The position numbers were made by a program, and so were the translations under genes. The notes below the pieces were generated by a model. The model did no database searches. It saw only the letters and a list, made by a program, of their open reading frames with translations, and was not told the origin of the DNA. From a bacterium (GTDB lineage Bacteria; CALINM01): a stretch of 62,020 bases of DNA. The stretch lies in assembly GCA_041640455.1 (NCBI GenBank), contig JBEQAF010000001.1:1-62020 (forward strand). Direction: 5' to 3'. Positions 1 through 8,324 of the stretch are shown piece by piece; within the stretch, counting starts at the first letter, position 1; each line of letters starts with the position of its first letter.

Positions 1-398
1 AGGATTTACCCCCAGAAAAGCTGGAAGGTAGAACCTTTGTAGCAATTGCAGTAAGAGTTGGTGTTCCTATATTTATTAAACCTGACATTATAAATATCAG
101 TGGAGCCATTGAAAAGGTTGAATTAGATAAAAATAAGATAACAATTGGTTTTAGAAACACAGGAAACAGTTACATAAAAATAGAAAGCATAAATGTTTAT
201 CTGCAAGATGAAAATTCTAATAGCTTTAAAACTCTTCAGGTATCCGGCTGGTATGTGTTCCCCGGTGTTTTTAGGAGATTCAGCACAGATATTACTAAAG
301 AAGACTGCGAGAAGGTAAAAAAGATAGCCCTTTCGGTTATTTCAGAAAACAGGGAGTTTAAAGAAACTGTTGATGCTGGTTCAAAGACTTGTGAATAG
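1..398 (+). CDS. chaperone-usher pilus periplasmic chaperone (PapD/CsuC-like), 3' part only; the 5' end is outside the window
   Basis: The frame is open from the window edge (codons from nt 3) to TAG 396-398. My translation ...AIAVRVGVPIFIKPDIINISGAIEKVELDKNKITIGFRNTGNSYIKIESINVYL... resembles the C-terminal Ig-like domain of fimbrial chaperones. It sits directly upstream of an usher and an SCPU pilin. Confidence 0.65.
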   Translation, partial: DLPPEKLEGRTFVAIAVRVGVPIFIKPDIINISGAIEKVELDKNKITIGFRNTGNSYIKIESINVYLQDENSNSFKTLQVSGWYVFPGVFRRFSTDITKEDCEKVKKIALSVISENREFKETVDAGSKTCE

Positions 399-2780
399 AG
401 TTCTTCTAATTATTACCGTTTTCCTATCTTTTTTTTTGCCATAGAGGGTTTTTGTTTAGAATCTGCTTATCTCTCGGTAATCACTCAGGAGGGTAAACAG
501 GGAGATTTTTTTGTTTATCTGGATGATAAAAATATCTATCTTAACAGGAGCGACCTTCAGAAGTTAGGCATACCTCAAGAAAATATCCCTTTTATAGAGC
601 TTGATGGTCAGCAGTTTGCAAATGTTTATGAGATAAAAGACTTTTTTAAGGTTGACTTCAATCCTGATAGAGCCGAGTTATATCTCGAATTAAATCCCAA
701 GCTATTAAGTAAAAGAACAATAGATTTTCACACACAGAGAAAAGACAGGATCTACTATCCAGAAGGAGAAAGCAGCCTGTTTTTAAATTACAGGGCTAAC
801 TATTTTCGCACAGACACCATAAATGAGTTTAACCTTTCTAAGGAGCTGGGGATAAATTTTAATAATTTTCTTATCTTAAACGAAACCAGTTACAGTAAAA
901 ATGATCTAAAATCAAAGTTTGTTAGATTAAACAGCTCGGTTTATAGAGATTTCAGAAAGGAAAAACAGAGATTAATTTTAGGCGACTTTTTCACTCCATC
1001 AGATCCGATTATGGGTAGCATTAACATGGGAGGTATAAGCTTTTCTAAAAACTTTAGATTGGATCCCTACTACATTTACAGACCTACCTTAAATATCGAA
1101 GGCACTGTAAAAAACAGGGCTACTATGGAGGTCTATCTGGACGGTGTACTTATAAGAACTGAAGAGATTCCTGCCGGGCAGTATGAGATTAGAGATTTGT
1201 ATTATTATCAGGGACAACGAGATGTGGAGATATTAATAAAAGATACTTACGGAAATATCGAAAGGCAGATATATCCCTTTTATTTCACCGAGAATATTTT
1301 AAGAAAAGGCGAATGGGATTATAGCTATAATCTGGGTTTTGTTAGGGAAAATTTTGGGATTGAGAGCAGCTCTTATGGGGATTCAGTTTTTAGCTTTTAC
1401 CATAAATACGGATATTCAAACTCACTAAACTTTGGAATATCTTCAGAATTCTGGAAAGATAGTATAACCATAGCACCTGAGATGGCATATTATCGCTCAA
1501 AACTTGGCACTCTAAGTTTTAAAAGCTATCTAAATGATAATAAAAATGCCGATGGGATAAATTATTCATTAATATTTAACTACAATTATCAATTGAGCAG
1601 GGTAAGTTATAATTTCTATTTTAAAAATTTATCAAAAGATTTTGCTACCTTTAACTTTGATAACAAAAAAAGTAATATTCGATACGAGATAAATGGAGGT
1701 ATCAGCTACTATTCTCAATCTCTGGGTTCTTTTAGCTTTAACCTGCTTCATAAAAACCTTTACGAAAACAGTTCAAAAAATGAGCTTTATTTTAACTATT
1801 CCAAATCATTATTAAAAAAAGTAAGTCTGTCGGTTAATACAAGAACTGTTTTATCGGGAGGTTCTCTTTTCGAGAGCTTTATAAACATCTCTTATCACTT
1901 TGACAAAGATAGATCAATGTTCTTAAGGCACCAGGATGCGGATCAGATAAAGAGCAACTCTCTTCAGATAAGCAAAAATGCACCTGTGGGTGAGGGCTAC
2001 GGCTACAGGTTAACCGCTGAGAACAGATCTCTCAACGGTGGAAACAGCTATAACGCTATAAACCCCTATTTTGAATATAGAACCAGATACAATATTTTCA
2101 CTGGCAATCTCAATCTTGAAAAGAATAATAATTTCATAGACCTGACCGCATCTGGTGCTATCATCTATATAGCCGATAATATCGGATTTTCACGACCAAT
2201 AAACGACAGTTTTTCACTCATAAAGGTTGATAGCATGAAAGATATTACTGTTATTGCAAATAATGAGAAGATTTCTAAAACAGACCAGAATGGTAAGGCA
2301 GTAATACCCAATCTTAGCTCCTACATTGATAATACCATTACTATACCTATAGAAAATCTTCCCCTTGAATACAGTTTCCCAAATAATAAACTGGTTCTTT
2401 CTCCTCCCTTCAGATATGGTGCCTGCATAAACCTTCCTTTGAAAAAGATTTATCGATATGAGGGTTTTATAAAAATAAAGCAAGCAGGTCAGGTAAGACC
2501 CCTTGATTTCAGAGAGATAAAATTTAGCCAGTTAAAAACAAAAAAGGCTGATAAAACGGCATCAAAGGGCTGCAAAACGCCTCTCGGAGAGTACAGAGAA
2601 ATCGCTGAAGGCAGCTTCTTCACCTCCCAGCAGGGGGATTTTTATCTTGAAAATGTTCTACCTGGCAGTTATGAGATTGAGTTTGTTTACAATAACAGGA
2701 TTATAAAATCTGTAATAGAGCTGGAGGATAAAAAAGATGTAATAATTGAGCTGGGAGAGATAATAATAAATGTTGATTAA
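391..2780 (+). CDS. fimbrial outer-membrane usher (CsuD-like), interrupted by a frameshift at a T9 tract
   Basis: The track ORF 1011..2780 is only the ATG-limited part. The same frame stays open back to nt 399 and encodes usher-like sequence (...YRDFRKEKQRLILGDFFTPSDPIMGS...) with no ATG, GTG or TTG in frame. GTG 391 in the +1 frame encodes a signal-peptide-like VNRVLLIITVFLSFFLP and stops at 442-444. The total span of about 796 codons fits a full-length usher. Confidence 0.75.
429..437 (+). repeat. homopolymeric T9 tract at the junction of the usher signal-peptide frame and the usher body frame
   Basis: Counted directly in the sequence (c-ttttttttt-g). T10 or T7 would fuse GTG 391 in frame to the usher body, giving ...FLSFFFAIEGF.... 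Confidence 0.9.
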
Positions 2781-2818
2781 ACTTTGTCATCTCTAAGGGA
2801 AGTTGATAAAATAAATAT

Positions 2819-3256
2819 ATGAGAATAGTGAAGGTCATAATAATTATTTTTCTGGTTTTCAGCTCTCGTGAGACATTTTCTCAGTGTACTATGACGGTTA
2901 CAAATATAAACTTCGGCGCATATGATGTACAATCTACTGCTAACCTTACTGCCACAGGAACCATTGCTGTTAACTGCGCAAGAAATGAAAATATAACCCT
3001 CTCAATAGGTCCCAGCGCTTACGGCGGGATAAATCCAAGGCTTATGAAGCATAGCTATTATAACGATTATCTAAACTATAACCTTTATCAGGACAATACC
3101 TATACCACCATCTGGGGAGATGGCTCTCAGGGGACAACGCCGGTTACAAGAAGGGTTAAAAACCGAACATTTACCGTTTATGGTGCGGTTTTCTTCGGGC
3201 AGGATGTTTCTGCCGGCAGTTATTCGGACACTCTAACCGTTACAGTTACTCCCTGA
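2819..3256 (+). CDS. spore coat protein U (SCPU) domain pilin subunit of a Csu/sigma-type pilus
   Basis: 145 aa with an N-terminal signal peptide. It has SCPU-like hallmarks (C..TV.NINFG.Y, TGTIAVNC, YNLYQD......IWGDG, tail ...DTLTVTVTP). It follows the chaperone and usher. Confidence 0.8.
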   Translation: MRIVKVIIIIFLVFSSRETFSQCTMTVTNINFGAYDVQSTANLTATGTIAVNCARNENITLSIGPSAYGGINPRLMKHSYYNDYLNYNLYQDNTYTTIWGDGSQGTTPVTRRVKNRTFTVYGAVFFGQDVSAGSYSDTLTVTVTP

Positions 3257-4013
3257 TGCGAAAGCCGTGTTCAAAATCCGCATCATAAAGCTTTGAATAA
3301 TCAAAATCTCTGGGATCCAGAAAGTCGCCAACATAGATTAACGCCTGTCTTTTAATGCCCGATTCCTTCACTTTTTCGGATATATCATCCAGTCTGCCTC
3401 TTATAATCCATTCATCGCTCCAGCTTGCTCTGTAAACCACAGCTACAGGCGTATCTTTTTCAAAGCCATTAAGTAGTGCTGATACTACTTCATCAATCAT
3501 TGATATGGATAGAAAAATAACCATACTTGCCCTATGTCTGGCAAGCTCAGACAGTCTTTCCTTCTCAGGAACTGGCGTTCTACCAGAAAATCTGGTAAAT
3601 ATAACTGTCTGGGAGATGCCTGGCACAGTAAACTCCCTCTTAAGCAATGCGGCTCCAGCAAAGGCTGAACTTACTCCAGGCACCACTTCGTAGGGGACGT
3701 TGTGTCTGTCCAGCTCAACCATCTGCTCAAATATGGCGCCATATAGAGATGGATCCCCCGTATGAAGCCTGACTACAGTTTTTCCTTCTTTGGCATAATC
3801 AACCATTAGATTCACAATCTCTGAAAGATTCATACTTGCCGAGTTATATTTAACTGCATCGCTTTTGCAGAAGCCAAGTAGCTCTTCATTTACAAGAGAG
3901 CCCGCATATATAACCAGATCCGCCACATTAAGAAGCTTTTCGCCCTTTAGCGTAATAAGTTCAGGATCACCAGGACCTGCGCCGATAAAAAAAACTTTTC
4001 CTTTCTTATCCAT
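3246..4013 (-). CDS. cbiF: precorrin-4 / cobalt-precorrin-4 C11-methyltransferase
   Basis: FFIGAGPGDPELITLKG, VVRLHTGDPSLYGA and VVPGVSSAFAGAA are typical of the tetrapyrrole methylase CbiF/CobM family. Confidence 0.85.
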   Translation of the reverse strand: MDKKGKVFFIGAGPGDPELITLKGEKLLNVADLVIYAGSLVNEELLGFCKSDAVKYNSASMNLSEIVNLMVDYAKEGKTVVRLHTGDPSLYGAIFEQMVELDRHNVPYEVVPGVSSAFAGAALLKREFTVPGISQTVIFTRFSGRTPVPEKERLSELARHRASMVIFLSISMIDEVVSALLNGFEKDTPVAVVYRASWSDEWIIRGRLDDISEKVKESGIKRQALIYVGDFLDPRDFDYSKLYDADFEHGFRIRE

Positions 4014-4716
4014 TTCTACTCCTTTTTTTGGCGATAATCACAGAAAAATAGGATATATCTTTCAGATCCTCATACACATTCTCTATCTCTCCCACCTTTT
4101 CTCCCCTGAGCCCTATCTTCTCACCCAGATAAAGTATGTGACTTTTTGAAAGGCTGCTTAAAAGCTCAAGATTGGATGGCTTTTTAAGAAAAACTACTGT
4201 ATCCATATCTTTAATTTTATCTAAAGATAGATTGTCGTCAGGTAGTATAATAATCTTTTCCTCTCCCTGTACAAGCGGCTCACCTATTAAAGATGCCAGC
4301 GCCTGAAAGGAGGTAATACCTGGTATATAGGCTGTCTCAAACCCCTCTTTTTTAATTAGTCTCTCAAGGTAAAAAAAGGTTCCATAAAAAAGCAGGTCTC
4401 CTATACCTGCAAAGGCAACATCCTCACCAGTTTTTAAAACATCAGAGATCTTCTCTTTTGCACTAATCCAGTAAGTTTCGAGCCCCTCTTTTTTCATGGG
4501 CATGTAAAGTTCAGAAACCATCTTTTCTTCAAGCCTTACAGGCATACTCTTTATTCTTTGAAGAGCTTGACTCTCCTTTTTTTTATCCGACTTAGGCACA
4601 AATAGGCAGGATACCTGATTTAATACCCTGAGCGCCATCACAGTCACATTAAGCGGACTTCCAACTCCCAGTGAAACTCCAAAAAACATCCCCTTTTTAC
4701 CTTTTTTCATAGCCAA
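4006..4716 (-). CDS. cbiL: precorrin-2 / cobalt-factor-II C20-methyltransferase-like tetrapyrrole methylase
   Basis: About 236 aa with tetrapyrrole-methylase architecture (GVSLGVGSP..., IPGITSFQALAS). It overlaps cbiF by 8 nt. Confidence 0.6.
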   Translation of the reverse strand: MAMKKGKKGMFFGVSLGVGSPLNVTVMALRVLNQVSCLFVPKSDKKKESQALQRIKSMPVRLEEKMVSELYMPMKKEGLETYWISAKEKISDVLKTGEDVAFAGIGDLLFYGTFFYLERLIKKEGFETAYIPGITSFQALASLIGEPLVQGEEKIIILPDDNLSLDKIKDMDTVVFLKKPSNLELLSSLSKSHILYLGEKIGLRGEKVGEIENVYEDLKDISYFSVIIAKKRSRNG

Positions 4717-4811
4717 TCCTTTTATCTATTTGAGATATGTGTATTTCAGTTTTTTTCAGTCGCTCCAAATGCTGCTATTTCTCCCGTCATAGTATTAAGA
4801 AAACTAAAAAC

Positions 4812-5858
4812 TTAGTTTTCATTTAACGCCTCTAAGGAGCTATTAAATATTTCATCAACTGTGATGGACTCCACACATCTGGGTGTCATCCTTTCTGTGG
4901 GCTCACATTCTTTAAAAAATTTCTGTTTACAGGGTGAACAGGGGAAAGCTTTATAAATCACTTTTGCCTTTTTGCTGTAAGGACCGAATTTTACCGGTGA
5001 CTGGGGACCAAATATGGCTACCAGAGGTATACCAAGAGCTGCTCCCAGATGCATTATGCCGCTATCATTGCAGATTAAAAGTCTGCAGTTTTTTAAAATC
5101 GCCATAGTCTGTCTGATATTTAGATCTCCGATTGCCAGAACCGAGTCAGAGCTTGCGGCTGCCTTTATCTGATCTATAAAAATCTTATCTCTATACCCGC
5201 CCAAAAAAATGGTTTTATAGCCCAGATCTCTCAATCTTTTTGATATTTCAATAAAATTATCAATATGCCATGCCCTTTTTGGATTTGCTGCAAAGGGGTG
5301 GATGGCTATAACCTTTTCACCCAGATTATGAATATTAAAATATTTCTCTGCAAAATCCAGCTCTTCATCGCTAAGCCAGGCTTCGAGATAATCATCTTTA
5401 ACAGGAATGTTATCAGCTCTTAAAACATCAAGAAAATTCTGCACTTCATGCTGATTATGTTTGTAGGGGACTTTTTTTGTCAGAAGAAATCCTCTCCCCT
5501 CTGTGTCAAAGCCTATCCTCTCTCTGGCGCCGGTCAGAAAAGCCATTATGGCGCTTGATAAAGACCTTTTAAGCACATATACTTTATCAAACCTTTTTTT
5601 TCTCAGCATTTTTATAAAATCTTTTTTTGATTTCAAAGTCTTATGAGTTCCAGTGCTATCAGCGTGAATGGTTACTGGATCCCAGTATATGAGCTCATCT
5701 ACATATGGGATCCCTTTCACCACATCAGAAGATATGGGTGCCACTACCCATGCAATATAGGCAGAAGGATAGGCATATCTTAAGTTCCTCAAAAAAGGTA
5801 CCGTAAGTATTGTATCGCCAATAAACCTGTATCGCAAAACCAGAATCTTTTGAGACAT
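4812..5858 (-). CDS. glycosyltransferase family 9 (ADP-heptose:LPS heptosyltransferase)
   Basis: ILVLRYRFIGDTILTVPFLRNLR at the N-terminus and CNDSGIMHLGAALGIP near the C-terminus are GT9 hallmarks. Confidence 0.85.
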   Translation of the reverse strand: MSQKILVLRYRFIGDTILTVPFLRNLRYAYPSAYIAWVVAPISSDVVKGIPYVDELIYWDPVTIHADSTGTHKTLKSKKDFIKMLRKKRFDKVYVLKRSLSSAIMAFLTGARERIGFDTEGRGFLLTKKVPYKHNQHEVQNFLDVLRADNIPVKDDYLEAWLSDEELDFAEKYFNIHNLGEKVIAIHPFAANPKRAWHIDNFIEISKRLRDLGYKTIFLGGYRDKIFIDQIKAAASSDSVLAIGDLNIRQTMAILKNCRLLICNDSGIMHLGAALGIPLVAIFGPQSPVKFGPYSKKAKVIYKAFPCSPCKQKFFKECEPTERMTPRCVESITVDEIFNSSLEALNEN

Positions 5859-5859
5859 T

Positions 5860-6042
5860 TCAATCTTCTAAGGCTTTTGCCTCTTCAACAAGCATTACGG
5901 GAATATCCTCCACAATGGGATATTTAAGCCTGCATTTTTCGCAGATAAGCCAGTTCTTATCTTCCGAAAGCTTAATATCCTGCTTGCATTTTGGACAGGC
6001 AAGTATCTCTAATAGTTCTTTTGACAGGCTCATAGAATACAC
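5860..6042 (-). CDS. Trm112/UPF0434 family zinc-ribbon protein
   Basis: 60 aa containing LLEILACPKCK...CEKCRLKYPIVEDIPVML. Confidence 0.8.
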   Translation of the reverse strand: MYSMSLSKELLEILACPKCKQDIKLSEDKNWLICEKCRLKYPIVEDIPVMLVEEAKALED

Positions 6043-6051
6043 TCCTTTTAT

Positions 6052-6948
6052 TTAACCAATTCTGCTTTTTGTTGGTTCTAAGGTAAAAACATTCTCTCCC
6101 TTAGTGTAGATGGTTATCTTGCCGGTGCTTTCAGATATAACAATGGCTATTGAGTCGGTCATTCTGGTCATTATCTTTGCCGAGTTATGTCTGGAACCGA
6201 ACCCTTTGTCATTTATAGCCTCTTCCGACTTGGCATCAAGATATCTGCCTGCCGAGATCACGTAACCATCATCATCGATAATAAAAGCACCGTCTATTTT
6301 AGAAAATTCCTTTATACTTTCAAGCACCTGAACATTAGATATATGTCTGGCGCTTTTTTTATACCCGTAAAAGGGGTTAAAGATAAGCTGATGGGAGTGT
6401 CTCATCACATTTCCCGAATCACCAATAATGAAGGTAGTACCTATTGCCTTCCCCTCTCTCCCTTCGTTGACCAGCTCAACTGCAATATCCAGTATATTCA
6501 TAGCAAGTTCAAAAGCTTTGTGTTTCATCAGTTTTTTGGGGAAAAAAGGGAATTCCTGAGGGAAAGATTTTTTTACATCCACCACAGTTATGGTATCCAG
6601 ATATGCCGATTTAGAAGCTCCGAGAACACAGATTACCCTATCAGATTTGTTTATGATATTTTTTTTTAATCCCATAAGTATCGCCTGCTTAACCCTTGAG
6701 AACCGGCTGAATGTAATAGCCTTATCTTCCAGAATGTCAAAACCGCTGAGGTCAAAACTATTTAACTCCTCTCTTTGCATCACCAGTACCAGCTTATCCT
6801 TATAATCAGCATTCTGTCTCAAAAATCTTAGATCCTTTTCAGTAATATTAAAAAGAAATACCTTTTTGACTTCTTTGCTCCCATACTCTTTAAAAAGCTC
6901 CAGCGCATATTTTATAAGAACCTTATTCATTGGATAAATTATAAACAA
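6052..6948 (-). CDS. diadenylate cyclase (DAC/DisA_N) domain protein, DacZ-like, with an uncharacterised N-terminal domain
   Basis: The C-terminal half has GKAIGTTFIIGD, DGAFIIDDDGYVISAGRYL, GSRHNSA and IAIVISESTGKITIY. These correspond to the DGA and RHR-type motifs of c-di-AMP synthases. Confidence 0.7.
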   Translation of the reverse strand: MFIIYPMNKVLIKYALELFKEYGSKEVKKVFLFNITEKDLRFLRQNADYKDKLVLVMQREELNSFDLSGFDILEDKAITFSRFSRVKQAILMGLKKNIINKSDRVICVLGASKSAYLDTITVVDVKKSFPQEFPFFPKKLMKHKAFELAMNILDIAVELVNEGREGKAIGTTFIIGDSGNVMRHSHQLIFNPFYGYKKSARHISNVQVLESIKEFSKIDGAFIIDDDGYVISAGRYLDAKSEEAINDKGFGSRHNSAKIMTRMTDSIAIVISESTGKITIYTKGENVFTLEPTKSRIG

Positions 6949-7058
6949 TTATTCTGAAATATGTAAACATATCTTTCGAAATTTAACTGCCCTTAAATAA
7001 TTATCTCAATTCAGTCTCCAGTTTTATTTTATAATTATTTCAAACATTTAAAAATGTG

Positions 7059-7086
7059 TTGATTTATTCAAAAAATTGAATATAAT
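7059..7086 (+). promoter_or_regulatory. sigma70-type promoter candidate (TTGATT-16 nt-TATAAT) for the FmdB-like gene
   Basis: -35 at 7059-7064 and -10 at 7081-7086, about 34 nt upstream of ATG 7120. Confidence 0.4.
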
Positions 7087-7119
7087 AATAAATGGAAGTA
7101 ACAATGTGAGGTGGTTTAT

Positions 7120-7317
7120 ATGCCTATCTTTGAATTTAGATGTAAAAAATGTGGTGAAGTTTTTGAAAGTTTCATTATGAAGGGCATAGAGAAAGTTAAC
7201 TGTCCAAGATGCAATAGCTCCGAAGTTGAAAAGCTAATATCAGCACCTAATATTTCAGGCAGTCAAGGCTCAGATCAGAGTCATTCATGCGGCGGCCACT
7301 CAAGTGGATTTTCTTGA
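7120..7317 (+). CDS. FmdB-family putative regulatory zinc-ribbon protein (CxxC_CxxC_SSSS)
   Basis: MPIFEFRCKKCGEVFE...CPRCNSSEVEKLISAP. I prefer ATG 7120 over the track's GTG 7111 because GAGGTGG lies 5 nt upstream. Confidence 0.8.
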   Translation: MPIFEFRCKKCGEVFESFIMKGIEKVNCPRCNSSEVEKLISAPNISGSQGSDQSHSCGGHSSGFS

Positions 7318-7366
7318 GCATAAAGACATGGCTTCGGGCAAGCCATTAAATAAAAAAGGAGGCAGT

Positions 7367-7456
7367 TTGAAAGAGTTTATAACAGTCCTTTTAATTTTTG
7401 TCATCTGGGCAGTTCTTACAAGATTTGTATTTCCAAAGCTCGGGATACCTACCTGA
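7367..7456 (+). CDS. possible 29-aa single-pass membrane peptide (TTG start)
   Basis: AGGAGG at 7357-7362 is followed by TTG. The translation MKEFITVLLIFVIWAVLTRFVFPKLGIPT is one hydrophobic helix. The ORF is too short for the supplied track. Confidence 0.3.
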   Translation: MKEFITVLLIFVIWAVLTRFVFPKLGIPT

Positions 7457-7516
7457 TCTTATAACCCGGACACTGGGTCTCAGTGTTCCATTGAAAAACC
7501 CAAAAAGGGTAATGAC

Positions 7517-8302
7517 TCAAGAAACTAATTTCCCGTAGATACAGATGAGCTTCCCCTCTTCTATCTGCCCTATTATGTTTCTGAAAATCCTCTCAGCATC
7601 TCTCTCTTTGAAAACAGGGTTCATAAAGGCTTTATTCTCATATATCTTTCTGTAAAAATTCAGGGAGCTTTCTGTATCATCTTTTACAAAAACCTTTTTT
7701 AAACCTGATGCCTCAGCCAGAGCTATAAAGTTTTCAAAGCTGGTTAGAAAGCTAAACTGCTCCGAATCTGACCACGGCAGAGGATAACAAAGCTCAACCT
7801 TCTCGTCTCTGACAAACCATTCATGAAAAATTAAGACACCCTCTTTTTTTAAAACTCGATTGATCTCTTTAAGTAGCCTGTCTTTATCCGAGATGTTCAT
7901 ATTAATATGTTGCATCCAGATTAGATCAAACTCTTCTTTTTGAAAAGGGATTGTTGTTGCGTCGGCACATACAAAATAAACCTCAGGTTTTTCTTCTGTC
8001 ATTTGAGTTAGCATATGCCCAGTAATAGAATATGTTAAAGAAAGGTCAAGGTTTACAATAAAGGATCCAAAGTTTTTTGCAAGAAATCTGGCTACCCCAC
8101 CTATACCCCCTCCCATCTCAAGCACTTTTGAGCGGGGAGTGATGTTTATAAGCTCTGATATCTTTTTTGTGGCTGTTAAACCACCTGCATGAATCTGGTC
8201 AAACCTTAAAAGCTGATCTATGGATAGTTGAGAAATATTTAGCTTTTTAAATAAGTTTAGATAGTCTTTTAGCAAATTTTTATTGCTGTCCCAAGCCTGC
8301 AA
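7517..8302 (-). CDS. class I SAM-dependent methyltransferase
   Basis: Contains the SAM-binding motif I VLEMGGGIGGVARFL and acidic motif II. Confidence 0.75.
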   Translation of the reverse strand: MQAWDSNKNLLKDYLNLFKKLNISQLSIDQLLRFDQIHAGGLTATKKISELINITPRSKVLEMGGGIGGVARFLAKNFGSFIVNLDLSLTYSITGHMLTQMTEEKPEVYFVCADATTIPFQKEEFDLIWMQHINMNISDKDRLLKEINRVLKKEGVLIFHEWFVRDEKVELCYPLPWSDSEQFSFLTSFENFIALAEASGLKKVFVKDDTESSLNFYRKIYENKAFMNPVFKERDAERIFRNIIGQIEEGKLICIYGKLVS

Positions 8303-8324
8303 CCGTTTCCCCCATCTATAAAAA

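Noticed and set aside
1011-2780. Taking the track ORF at face value, as a 589-aa usher starting at ATG 1011
   Set aside because: The same frame is open for about 200 further codons upstream and encodes usher-like sequence, including the RLILGD motif. The short model would lack a signal peptide and the N-terminal domain.
4717-4811. Possible cobalamin riboswitch upstream of cbiL-cbiF
   Set aside because: Only about 95 nt are available, and I see no B12-box-like GCCACTG core. That is too short for the riboswitch fold.
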